DNA of 64,000 nucleotides from Marsupella aquatica (GCA_973895155.1 OZ316891.1:5737708-5801707); one strand, 5' to 3'. Positions 25,001-36,506 are shown, counted from the first letter of the stretch. A program made the numbers and translations. The notes: generated by a model from the sequence alone, not told the origin.

Positions 25001-28000
25001 CCTCTGAAGCACTGTCAGATATTTGTTGGAAGACCGCGTATGACAAATCACCAATCCCTGTTGCAAATCTGTCAGGTATTCTGGAAGTGTTGATACAATC
25101 ACTTGCCGTTCCCAAGTCCGATGTATTTGCAGAAAATGCAGCCCATGCTTTAATGGGCTTAGCATTCTCTTGGGACGAGGCCATTCTACACCTAATTACA
25201 AATAAACAGGGCATACTAGCTAGTCTTGTGAATTGCTTGTATGAGCACTCCAAACCTCGTTTGCAATACAGGGCAGCGGGGGCTTTAGGAAATCTATCTA
25301 AATCAATAAATCAGTCTCTTAAGTTGAGAATTGTCAGTGAGGAGGGAGCACTGGTTGGCTTGGTGAATTGCTTGTCAAAGCATGACAAGGACAAGTTACA
25401 AGAAGCCGCAGCGCGCGCTTTGGCAAATCTGGCTGCTGCAAAAGATGAGTCTCTCAAGCTGAGAATCGCCACTGAGGAAGAGGCTCTGGTTGGCCTGGTG
25501 AATTGCTTGTCAAAGCATGACAAGCATGAGGTACAAGAACAAGCAGCACACGCTTTGGGAAATCTGGCTCGTACAGAAAATGAGTCTCTCAAGTTGAGAA
25601 TCGCCAATGAGGAGGGGGCTCTGGTTGGCTTGGTGAATTGCTTGTCAAAGCATGACAAGCATGAGGTACAAGAACAAGCAACACGCGCTTTGGGAAATCT
25701 GGCTCGTACAAAAGATGAGTCTCTCAAGTTGAGAATCGCCAGTGCCGAGGGGGCTTTGGTTACCTTGGTGAATTGCTTGTCAAAGCATGACAAGGACGAG
25801 TTACAAGAAGCCGCAGCAGGCGCTTTGGCAAATCTGGCTGCTGCAAAAGATGAGTCTCTCCAGTTGAGAATTGCCACTGAGGAGGGGGCTCTGGTTGGCC
25901 TAGTGAATTGCTTGTCAAAGCATGACAAGGACAAGTTACAAGAAGCCGCAGCATGCGCTCTGGCAAATCTGGCTGCTGCAAAAGATGAGTCTCTCAAGTT
26001 GAGAATCGTCAGTGAGGAGGGGGCTTTGGTTGGCCTGGTGAATTGCTTGTCAAAGCATGAAAATGACCAGTTACAAGAAGCCGCAGCATGCGCTTTGGCA
26101 AATCTGGCTGCTGCAAAAGATGAGTCTCTCAAGTTGAGAATCGCCAGTGAGGAGGGGGCTCTGGTTGGCCTGGTGAATTGCTTGTCAAAGCATGACAAGC
26201 ATGAGGTACAAGAACAAGCAGCACGCGCTTTGGCAAATCTGGCTCGTACAAAAGATGAGTCTCTCAAGTTGAGAATCGCTAGTGAAGAGGGAGCTCTGGT
26301 TGGCCTAGTGAATTGCTTCTCAAAGCATGACAAGCATGAGATACAAGAACAAGCAGCACGCGCTTTGGGAAATCTGGCTCGTACAAAAGATGAGTCTCTC
26401 AAGTTGAGAATCGCCAATGCGGAGGGGGCTTTGGTTGCCCTGGTGAATTGCTTGTCAAAGCATGACAAAGACAAGTTACAAGAAGCCGCAGCAGGCGCTT
26501 TGGCAAATCTGGCTGCTGCAAAAGATGAGTCTCTCAAGTTGAGAATCGCCAGTGAGGAGGGGGCTCTGATTGGCTTGGTGAATTGCTTGTCAAAGCATGA
26601 CAAGGAACAGTTACAAGCAGCCGCAACAGGCGCTTTGGCAAATCTGGCTGCTGCAAAAGATGAGTCTCTCCAATTGAGAATCGCCAATGAGGAGGGGGCT
26701 CTGGTTGGCCTGGTGAATTGCTTGTCAAAGCATGACAAGGACCAGTTACAAGCAGCCGCAGCATGCACTTTGGCAAATCTGGCTGCTGCAAAGGATGAGT
26801 CTCTCCAATTGAGAATCACCAGTGAGGAGGGGGCTCTGGTTGGCCTGGTGAATTGCTTGTCAAAGCATGACAAAGACCAGTTACAAGAAGCCGCAGCATG
26901 CGCTTTGGCAAATCTGACTGCTGCAAAAGATGAGTCTCTCAAGTTGAGAATCGCCAGTGAGGAGGGGGCTCTGGTTGGCCTGGTGAATTGCTTCTCAAAG
27001 CATGACAAGGACAACTTACAAGAAGCCGCCGGAGGCGCTTTGGCAAATCTGGCTGCTGCAAAAGATGAGTCTCTCAAGTTGAGAATTGCCAGTGAGGAGG
27101 GGGCTTTGGTTGGCCTAGTGAATTGTTTGTCACAATTTGAGAACCATGTTGTACAGACAGAGGCAGCAAGAATGGCGGCAATACTAACTTCTACTCCAGA
27201 TGTGAGGGGGGTCCTGAGAGGAGCAAAAGGCCTTGTGCAGGGACTTACAAGCTTGTTGGGAGATGACATGCATCCGGATACTCGACGTTTTGCAGTAAGA
27301 GCGTTGCTTAATATGGACCCGACAATAGCTAAGGAACTGGGCTTGCTGTCTGCACAGCTCGATGTGTCAACTTTAAGGTACGGGAACTTACCACTGATGT
27401 CAACACAAATTTCGATTCCATCAAGAATTTACAAAGAAAGAAGGAAAGAAGGAAGTTGATCATCGAGCAAAGTGGCCATTGTTAACAAAGAATCCTGTAG
27501 TAAGTAATGAAGGTAACCAAGATCAGTAGATACACATATGCCAAGATTCAACTTGATGACCATGAGAATAGGTAATCATATCGTAAACACTGTACTGTAG
27601 TACCATTCTGGTTAAAGAGGTGGTTTGAAAAGCTCTGTTGAATAGAGAATGTGTAGTGTGATGTTTTGAGGGTTAAAGTCGTCGTAGAGTTCAGAATTTC
27701 CAGAATCTTGAAGACATTATTTTCCTCATTTGCGTATAATTTGGCCTCGCTCAGGTAGCAGGCTTGAAGTAGGTCCTAGACATACATTCCAGGGAAAACG
27801 GAAGTTGCAAGTTGTCAGCCATTTGTGGCGAGCCATTGGACCTTAGGCTGGGACAGATTATTATAATTTCAAAATCCAACAGGTCTCCGGTATATTTGGA
27901 GAGCCTAGCTGCATTCTAACATAGATATTCATGAAATAAGATAGCAGCTAAATTAAATTGGAAAAGTCAGTGAACTGGTTTAAATCCCAGTGCACCTTAT

Positions 28001-28422
28001 CTGTTGAAGCGTAGCTAAGTGTGTAGTGCACCTTATTTGTTGTTTGTGATGGCAGTCTAAGAATTTGTGTAAAAGCAAAACTTGAAGACTTTCAAGGGGC
28101 ACTGGACGATGCCAATGAGGCAGTAAAAAGGAGCGACACGGTGACAGATGGCATGAAGGCGTTTATCTTGCAGGAGAGGGGTGTCTTGAAGCGAATGATG
28201 GGAGATCTGGAGGGCGCCCTCATAGATTTGGATGAAGGATTAAACCTAAAAGCCAATGACTACGAGAGGCTGAAGCACCGTGGTTATGTCAAATTCTTGC
28301 TAAATGACGTGGAAGGAGCTCGCGCAGATGCAGAATGGGCTCTATCAATCGAGTCCTCAAGGGATGACTCGGATACCTACTTGGGAGGAACATCCGCAGA
28401 ATACTTGGGGTACAAGCTGTAA
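22036..28422 (+). CDS. NLR-like STAND protein, ~1659 aa: helical N-terminus + NB-ARC-like NTPase + armadillo-repeat array + C-terminal TPRs (exons 22036-23091, 23216-24166, 24772-27377, 28056-28422)
   Basis: Four ORFs join in frame through GT-AG introns of phase 0, 0 and 2. Motifs: Walker A GGVGKGKST, Walker B ILMVLDDV, RNBS-B-like KILITSQ, GLPL-like GNPLAL, MHD-position WSLQSLV. ARM consensus (GALVGLVNCL...LQEAAA.ALANLA) occurs 15 times. TPR consensus in the last exon: (LRICVKAKLEDFQGALDDANEAV; ERGVLKRMMGDLEGALIDLDEGL; HRGYVKFLLNDVEGARADAEWAL). Confidence 0.88.
25228..27130 (+). repeat. Coding tandem array, 135-bp unit (45-aa ARM repeat), ~14 periods
   Basis: GTGAATTG recurs every 135 bp from 25228 to 27118 (15 occurrences). 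The internal 13 units differ by only a few substitutions and have no indels. Confidence 0.97.
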
Positions 28423-29981
28423 TAGTGGAGGCTGTGACTGTACCTTCCACACTTGCCGGGACAGTGTTAATAAACTGTTGAATTTTGCCACTCGTGCATT
28501 GTCTGTTTGAACCCGAGCTAAATCAAGTCACGATCATGCCATGCGATTTCCTCACTGCGCCAAAAAAGCTTGGACTACTATCACCATGTAAACGGATCTG
28601 GCCCTTCACTGAAGATCTAAGAAAATACTGTTTTACCCTTTGTAATATTCAACTTTGCATTAGATGTATTTGATCTTGGAAAGAGCTTGTTCAGGAAAGG
28701 GTTTGCGAATTACGCACCAAGAGCCCGTTGCCGAACATCACCATCGCAGAAACTCATACATCACCATGTGTGAAAAGATTTATGCTACTTTGGTATTTCT
28801 GCAGTGTTAGCTCGTTGAGAGAGATCTGAGAATCCCTCCTGGTGGATGAGTTTTTCCCTGCTCGATCTGAGTTTTTCCCTGCTCGATCGTTCAGGGAGCA
28901 TAGCTTTCGAAGATTTCGAATTTCAGAGAAACAGAGAGACACACGAAGGAGAAGTCGCACAAATGTGGTGAAGACACGACCTAACACAAGGACAATAACA
29001 TAATCAGGACGTTGGCTTGGCTCCGAAGTACTCTATGCCGACATTTGTTTTGGCTAGATGTGATGAGATGTGTACAGAGTTCGGGAGCTATATTGCGTTT
29101 GTGCAGGAGAGCCGATGAGACTCAAAATTCGAGACAAGTTCACAATTTGTTGATTTCATTGCCGTCCGAATCGGAGAAGAGCATCTAGTGGTTGACGTGT
29201 ATGCAATGGGGAACCGGTAGTTTTAATTTTTATTTCTAAACAATCGTGCAGCGTTTTTCCCGTGCGCTTTAAACGTTTCATTGTCTTGCTGGAATCAACG
29301 CTAGCTTGGATATAAAATGTACAGCAACTGCTTCCTTTGACGACCATTGGAGGTGCACAAAAATATTGGAGATATTTTTGTTTGTGGTCTCGGGAAAGAA
29401 ACAGAGCTATGGCGGACTGAAGCCTCCAGTGCAGTTTCGATTACGTCATGTTATGTGATGAATGTCAACTTCGGAGAGTAGAAATAAATGGCATTAGTTG
29501 AAGGCGACCAAAAGATATGAATCTTGCTTGACAAAGTTGTACAATAGTTAGGCACTACTTACCGTGGGTACCTTTGAGGAGAAGTGTTCAAGTGATCTGG
29601 CAGTGCAAAGAAATATCCATCGTCTCTAAAGACTAATAATTTTAATTAGTAGTCAATCGTGGGAGTCAAACCCACTCTAAGTGCAAGCAATCAATCGCCC
29701 CAGAATCGGGAGAACAAACTAATTTGGATCACCTCTTGCTAATTGCATTTGTTTGCCAGAAAAGACTAATTAATTACTGCAAAGTTTTGGTAACTGCAAT
29801 TTTCCATTATTGATCAAAATAATTTAGGCTATAATTGCACTTATTGATTAGTGCCAACACAAACGTATAGTCGAGATACGTTTGCAATTAATGAGGTCAC
29901 CTTAGGTTTACAATCAAGGTGCAAACAAATAGGATTCAGAAAACGAATTGCATCTCTTGATTCTCAAATCAATTGTTAATT

Positions 29982-30240
29982 GCAACACCTAGAACCTGGG
30001 GCAAGAGAAAAACACTTGTAGAGTTGGAGAAAAGCAACACCTAGAACCTGGGGCAAGAGAAAAACACTTGCAGAGTTGGAGAAAAGCAACACCTAGAACC
30101 TGGGGCAAGAGAAAAAAACTTGTAGAGTTGGAGAAAAGCAACACCTAGAACCTGGGGCAAGAGAAAAAAACTTGTAGAGTTGGAGAAAAGCAACACCTAG
30201 AACCTGGGGCAAGAGAAAAACACTTGAAGAGTTGGAGAAA
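29982..30240. repeat. 52-bp tandem repeat x5
   Basis: GCAACACCTAGAACCTGGGGCAAGAGAAAAACACTTGTAGAGTTGGAGAAAA starts at 29982, 30034, 30086, 30138 and 30190, with no spacers. Confidence 0.95.
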
Positions 30241-30517
30241 TTAACCAGATTACCCCTTCCTTGAATGGAAATAGAGATAAGGAGAAAATTAGTTCGTGGA
30301 CCCATCATGTGCACTAGAGATTCTGCCGAAAGCCGCGCTGCACAAGGCAATGCATTGCAAGGCGCTGCAGTACACACAATTAATCTCCTCTCGTCAGTGT
30401 TTGTGTGCTCGTTCCCACTCCGCTCCTGCCCTGTTTCAAGCACGTAATGACCGAGTTTGAGCTTCTTCTGGTGGGGCAGAGCGACCGGCTGTCCCTTCCC
30501 CTAGCAAATTCTCGTCA

Positions 30518-30900
30518 GTGAATGGCAGTGTTACAGCGTTGAACAAAGCTGAAATTTTTGAAGCAAACATGAATTTTGCAACCGTTGAGGCACTCAAGGA
30601 AAGAGCATACATCAAGAGCACTTCAGAGTTTTCCCCAGTGGCTGAATCGACAAACACAGATGGTCAAACTTCCATTGCCTTAAGGAGTGTCGTGGATATT
30701 CCACGATTGATACAAGCAATGAAGACCACTCTCCAGAAACGCCGTTGAATGTTCTTAGCAAGGTATGCAACCTGATGAAACGAGAACTACTGAGAGATTG
30801 TGAAGCTAAGTTGTCAATTGCATCTGTAGCTTTGGAGAACAAATCAGATCGTGACGATTCAGTAGGAATTGTTTTCAGGGAGCAATTCTGGTTCACATTT
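30518..30900 (+). pseudogene. Possible decayed TPR-like coding fragment
   Basis: Two overlapping ORFs (30518-30748 and 30745 onward) contain 'ALNKAEIFEAN..VEALKERAYIK' and 'LLRDCEAKLSI', loosely TPR-like and reminiscent of the upstream gene's 'ERLKHRGYVK'. Confidence 0.25.
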
Positions 30901-31349
30901 CCAAGACCGTCATCTTTGTGCAAAGAGGCGCAAACTGAGAGCACCAGGAGTTCCTCTCTATCCATTCCTAAATCAAAAGTCAGGCATAGGATTCAATCTT
31001 ACCAACGAGCTGAATTAATTCGTTCTTCCCAAATGTCTAGTAAGTTCTGCAAAAACAATGTTTTCCAACACAAACTCCACATTCAAGTTCAGAATGAAAC
31101 TTACGACACAGCAATAACTTGCTTGACGACAGCTCAGGGTGGTGGCGATGGGGAGCTGTTCTACAGTATCCCAAGACAGACTCGTAGAACCTTTGTTGTC
31201 AATAAAAATTGGAGGTTTGAAATTTTTTGAGTCAATACAATAACATTATGTTTATTGCCAGCGCCCTAGAATGTAATGGGCCGCAAGATTTAATTAATTA
31301 CTTATTATTATTGGTTGGGAATTGAACCAGAAAGAGGGTGGGCAGTTGG

Positions 31350-31611
31350 TTATTCGGGGTACAAAAACAGTTACAAGTCTACTACTAATTCAACATTCTG
31401 TTACCTAGGGTAAATAAAATGGTTATTTTTCAAACAGTTTTACATCAAGGTTTACGGCATGGCGTCCTCAATTTTACTAAAATCATGCCATAGACACGAA
31501 TGTTGAAGCAATTTTATCTTGTAAACCAATCCGTACCTGTTTGCAGCGCATCTTGATGATGTGGCACGCTGTGGAGTCTCAAATTTTGGAAGGGACCTCT
31601 AGTGGGGTCCG
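31350..31611 (-). repeat. Long TIR-like dispersed repeat, copy 2 (inverted relative to 6796-7060)
   Basis: The reverse complement reads CGGACCCCACTAGAGGTCCCTTCCAAAATTT...CCACAGCGTGCCAC...GGACGCCATGCCGTAAA...TTATTTACC, colinear with copy 1 for ~265 bp. Confidence 0.75.
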
Positions 31612-32680
31612 TAAATAACGTTGCAAAAAAAGGGATTCCTGCACCCTTGCTTTCAGTTATGCTCTTTAGACATAAACCTAGCTAAGGAGTAGCTTTTGGT
31701 TTATTAGATAGATTGCAATCCCTGACCTGCATGTGTTCCTGGTATCCGTTTGCTAATGAGTACCTCCTGGAATCTTTCTAGGCTTTTGAGTTTGGTTTAG
31801 GGAATTTTCTGCGATTGGCTAAATTGGTGGAGCAGCAGCAACCGTGATTGTCAAGCTGAGCCTTCCTACAAAATTGCCGTTGCTGACCTGCATTTGTCCC
31901 TGCCATCGCTTAGCACCCCTCAACCTTGCAGCAAGCTAAAATTTGGGATGGCAGTGACCCAAGCTCCCGGCCACCACTTTTGGCAAGAAAGCCAATTAGT
32001 ACATCTCCAGCGGTTAGGGGTCAGTGACTTCTAAACTCAAGATGTAGCCCATCATTTGGAGGCCTAGAAAGTACAAAAGCCCTCATATTGAATTAATCAC
32101 CAGCCATTTCCCCCTTTCTTTGACTATCCCTCCAAAATGATTCAAATCATAAGGTCAAAGTCTGTCACCCTTGTGAGAATTTGTATTTACAAATCTCCCA
32201 TGGGTGTCTCGACAAAACCCTGACTAAAACTGTACTACTCTGCAACTTCACTTTAGACTTCGTGCACAATCTCCACTAGGCATAGTACAAGGCCACATGG
32301 TGGAGCTGTTTGTGTTGGGCTAGGTAGTGGATTGCCCAGCTTCCAAATGACCTACCTAAAATTTTCCCTTCTGATAAATGCACAAATACAATTCACTGCA
32401 GTGTGTCACTTAGCATTTGCTCATAGGTTGGATGGATTTTCCGAAACACAATAAACCCCGTTATCTATATCACTTGTGTTGTTGCATTGCATTTCTAATA
32501 CTCTTAATGCCTAGCAAGTTTACTTTGTATTTCTAGTGCATTTTTAGGACTCTATATGCCTAGCAAGTTTGGCTAGCCAGGAGTCCCCAAATTCTCAACC
32601 TCAAGTCTGTGATTTTTTTCCTGTTTACTCATACCGTACAATTACTCGCGGACAGGCCGCTGCCTCTTGATGCAGAGTTA

Positions 32681-33237
32681 GTAGGGCACCTCAATCCTCT
32701 TCTTTCTGCCTCCAGTCGTGGTCAGCGACGAATTCCCAGAAAACAAAAGTGGCGGACAAGAAAATGTGTGTCAGCACACTCATGACCCGTGACAGAACTT
32801 CCCGCAACTTCAAGGTTTTAGATGCCCTAGAGGTGCTGGTTGTACTTATCTGGCTGCTGCTTTTTGATGTGCTATAAATTTTTATAGGAGTCCTTAGTAG
32901 CTATACCCATGGAGATCACACTCCAGAACTCCCTCCAGGCCTGGTACTGACACGTCCTCTGCTTCATGCTCATGGCTCTCCGTTGACAAGTTCTCCATTG
33001 GCAAGTTCTCCAATAATTGATGAGTGCTTTGTCTTGCAGGAACTTCAGTGTGCTACAAGATAGCCTGATGCCCGTTTTCGTGGTTAATAAGTGTGCAGCA
33101 AGTCAGTGGCCAAGCAACACCGAGAGGTGCTCCGAGACGAGTGAGAATGTTGAGTACCGCTGGAGGCTGTGTCCCAATGTTGACCGATACAAACCCACAT
33201 GCTATGGACAATGTGGGTCCTCACTGCCAGGTAAGCA
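32681..33237 (+). repeat. ~560-bp dispersed repeat, copy B (direct repeat of 17897-18517)
   Basis: Colinear with copy A apart from indels; similarity ends at 'cactgccaggtaagc'. Confidence 0.85.
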
Positions 33238-34389
33238 TTTTTCTCACCTAGTCATCGTTTCTCTCCTCGGCATATTTTTCTCACCTCGGCATATTTTCTC
33301 ACCTCGATTTCTTTTACTCACCTTGACATTTTTTTTCACCTCGACGTCTTTTGTGCAACACATGGGCATTGGGTAGCTATATTATAAAACACCCAGTGCA
33401 CACATTCAAAGTTCCAGACCAGCCCAGGAAAATATGCTGGCAGTTTTGAAGAAATTGGACCCCCCAAAATTAATTATATGGGGCACAATGCTCTGGAAAA
33501 ACTTATTATTTTATTGAAATAGGTTGCAAACACATGTTTTGGCTTAGTTGGCATGAAAATACCGGAAAAACGTACCCTTGTTGTGTGGTTGCTGGGAAAT
33601 AAACTTAGTTGTGTTTTTTGGAGTTGAAGAATGCCAACCAGGTTACAACTACGGTAGTGACCCATTACTACCGCAGTAGTATGTGCAATGGGTCATTTTA
33701 AAATTATCTAGCTGATTTCTATTATTGTCAAATTCTTGATCATGAAATGATTCTGGCCCCCCAAAGGAGGATGGGTTATTGTGAGTAAACTTGATGAGTG
33801 AATACTGGTTAAACTAGTTTGGAAGGAGTTGTTCCCCTGACCAGCACCAGTAAACAAAGGTTTAAATCAGGGAATCCACAATCATGCTTGCAAACATTGC
33901 CAAAACCTCTCTACCAGTTTTCAACATTGTCTAGTGTCATGCCTGCTTTGACATGGCTTTTATTTAGGTCCCCAATCGCGGCACTCGACTACCGTAACAC
34001 TTAGTCTAGCGTCGCTGACTCCGACACCGAGCTCCCTTATGGTCCAGGCCTGGATAGGCCATTCGGGGAGGACTTAGCATGGGAGACTTGTGGGCAATGG
34101 GGCGTGGCACTGGCGAAGGCAAGGCGCTAAGCTGGTGACACACATTAAGGACTTAGATTAGCTGAGGGCTGGTCGGGTCAAGGGGAAAGTGTCGGGCTCA
34201 AGGTTGACCATCTGGAACCCCGGACAAACTTTGAGTTCTGAGGGCTTGAGTGAGAGCTCCTCTTGGGCCCAAGGCCAGCGAAGTTGACTCCATGAGCATC
34301 GGACGCTTGGGGCACGAGTTATAGCCCGATCTGGGTTTGACCGATCGGGGGTCCCAAGCAACGACGGGATCTTAGGGCCTAGGCATGAG

Positions 34390-35130
34390 CACTGGGTCGG
34401 CCTGATCACAACAGGCTAAGGCACTGCACTCGCGAACGCGTAACTAGAAAGTTATGTGCATTGTCAGTTGGTGGCGCGCCCAAACATCCATTTGGATCCA
34501 GTTGGGGGGCCAAAATTTGGGGACCAAAATTGGTATGGGGGTGGGAGGTCTCTAGAAGCATATATGAGGGGAGTGGTGTCTCCCTGGGGGCTAAGGGCAA
34601 GCCAACGTCGTGAGTCACAGTGGTCGCGACACTTATGGAAAACGTCAAATGAAAACGATGACAACTCCCCAACAGGAAGTCCGTTGAAAGACTTCTTGGG
34701 TGCGTTGGAAAACTCTTGAGCAGGGCTACATCCTCCTGAGCTCAGCTAGGTCTAGGGGCGCGGGGATATCTCACCAGCTTGCCAAATCCACAGCAGCCAA
34801 ACCGCGTTCAGTCTGTCAAGGGAGCTTGCAAGGCCAAGTAGGCGTGGAGGTTGAGTTCCAAGGGCACTTGCCCCCTAGACCATCAGTTGGGTGAGAACCA
34901 AGAGTTGGTTGCTAGAGTCGGGGCCATTCTGGTCCCAAATTGTTGGGACAAGCTACACTATTTGGGCCATGAGCATGTCCTGGGGGTAGGGCGGTCAATT
35001 GGTGATGGATAGGTACGAGGGGAACCCCGGTTGCGCCCAAGGAATGAGTTGTTCTGGACGAACAATGGGTGTCGGCTCCGATTCTGGCTTATGGCATTGG
35101 GAGAACCTATCGCTGACCTACTTACCAATA
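34390..35130 (+). repeat. GC-rich dispersed repeat (probable TE-derived), inverted homologue of ~43480-44260
   Basis: 'ggggaccaaa..tggt..gggggtgg.aggtc...agaagcatatatgaggggagtggt' (34520-34577) and 'cgctgacctacttac' (35111) both have reverse complements in 43480-44165. Boundaries are approximate. Confidence 0.65.
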
Positions 35131-36506
35131 TCTGTTGAACTTGAGTTGGGATGCTAGACTTGCGAGATCTAGGTCCTGAGGGGTTACTTACCGAGACGCT
35201 TGGTTGCTTGTGCAGACAGTGCGGACCGTTGAGTAGCAATCGTGTTGGAGAGCAAGTGCGGCTTCGTATGGGAGGGGTCGCAAGCGGTGCAAGGGGCACT
35301 AGGTTGCTTGCTCAAGGTATTCCGTGGAAGCGTTTGGGCACTAGGGGCACTTAGGCGTGGGTGCTGGGATTGGTAAGGGCGCTTGGTGGCGAAGTCCGTC
35401 ACTTCCCCCCTTGAGGTGTGTCTTCCCTCTGGGAATGTTTTATCGGTGCCACCCCCTTAGTTTGGATCTTTCCCTTTGGGATGACTTCTTGGATTTTTAC
35501 ATTCATCCTTTCTTTGGTCCTCTTGAATCCCTGGCCCTTTTCAGTCTGCCTCAATTTATGCATTGTGTAGCTTCTCAGTGACAGGTTTCATTGCTGTTGG
35601 AGTTTTCACGCTTTTGGCTTTTTATTTTGTTTATTTTGGGGAATGGATGAAAAATAATTTCCAAACAAGTACAATGCAGTGCATGCAGTGCAGTGAGAAC
35701 AAGGGAGTCCATCAACCACATCGATGAAAAACTCCACATTCATGCACAAATCCACTAAAGGGCCAAGACTGTTGGTTCCAGGGCCACTACCTAAACTCCT
35801 CTTTGTAACCCTCCTATTTGGTTTACTCCGAGCTTTACAAGGTTTATCAATTAGTATGGCTTTAGTTCCTTTGCCATTGTAGGGAACTTCGGGGCACTTG
35901 GCTCTTCCTGGGGTTTTCCTTTTAATACTTTTTCCCTCTGCTGGGTCTGCGGCCTCTACTTCATTTCTTCTGGGTTTGCCTTTTGTTCTTTGGTCCTCTT
36001 GATTTTTAGTATTCATCCTTTCTTTGGTCCTCTGGTGTATATAAATAACAGTGCCATATCCTGTTTTCTGGATTGTGGTTTTTGCCCCCTTTCCCCTGAA
36101 TTAATTAAAATTCAAAAATGATTGATTAGTACTGTACCATGGAAGCTTTGCTAACAGCAACTCAGTAACATACTGGCGCTCTTGCAACCTTGCAGTGATG
36201 GCCTAGAACTCCACTACGGTTTCTTATTAGGGTTTAAGCAGCCCTAACGATATCGAGGGTTTTGGGTCGCGAGAGTCCGAAAGAGGAACTGCAAACCTCG
36301 ATCAATCTCTTTACTCATTGTGGACCTTTCTCGAATTTCTATTGCATAGATTTCGAAATTGCAAAGGTCGAGCAGACCGATTCGGCGGAGGGATTTTGGC
36401 AATGCGAGAAGGAGAGGCATGGGGAATTCACGGGATTAATTTCTCGAGGAGAAAATGAGAACAGAGGTTTGACGAGAGAGCTTCGAGAAATTGAGTCGTC
36501 GTCGGG

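Noticed and set aside
25311-27269. 652-aa antisense ORF over the ARM array
   Set aside because: Shadow ORF: one stop-free antisense frame in a 135-bp unit is simply propagated by the tandem repeat.
29982-30240. Regular repeat resembling a CRISPR array
   Set aside because: Units are contiguous with no unique spacers, the context is eukaryotic, and there are no cas genes.
17897-33237. Interpreting the two ~600-bp direct repeats as LTRs of one retrotransposon
   Set aside because: No TG...CA termini, PBS/PPT, TSD or internal gag-pol were seen; kept only as dispersed direct repeats.
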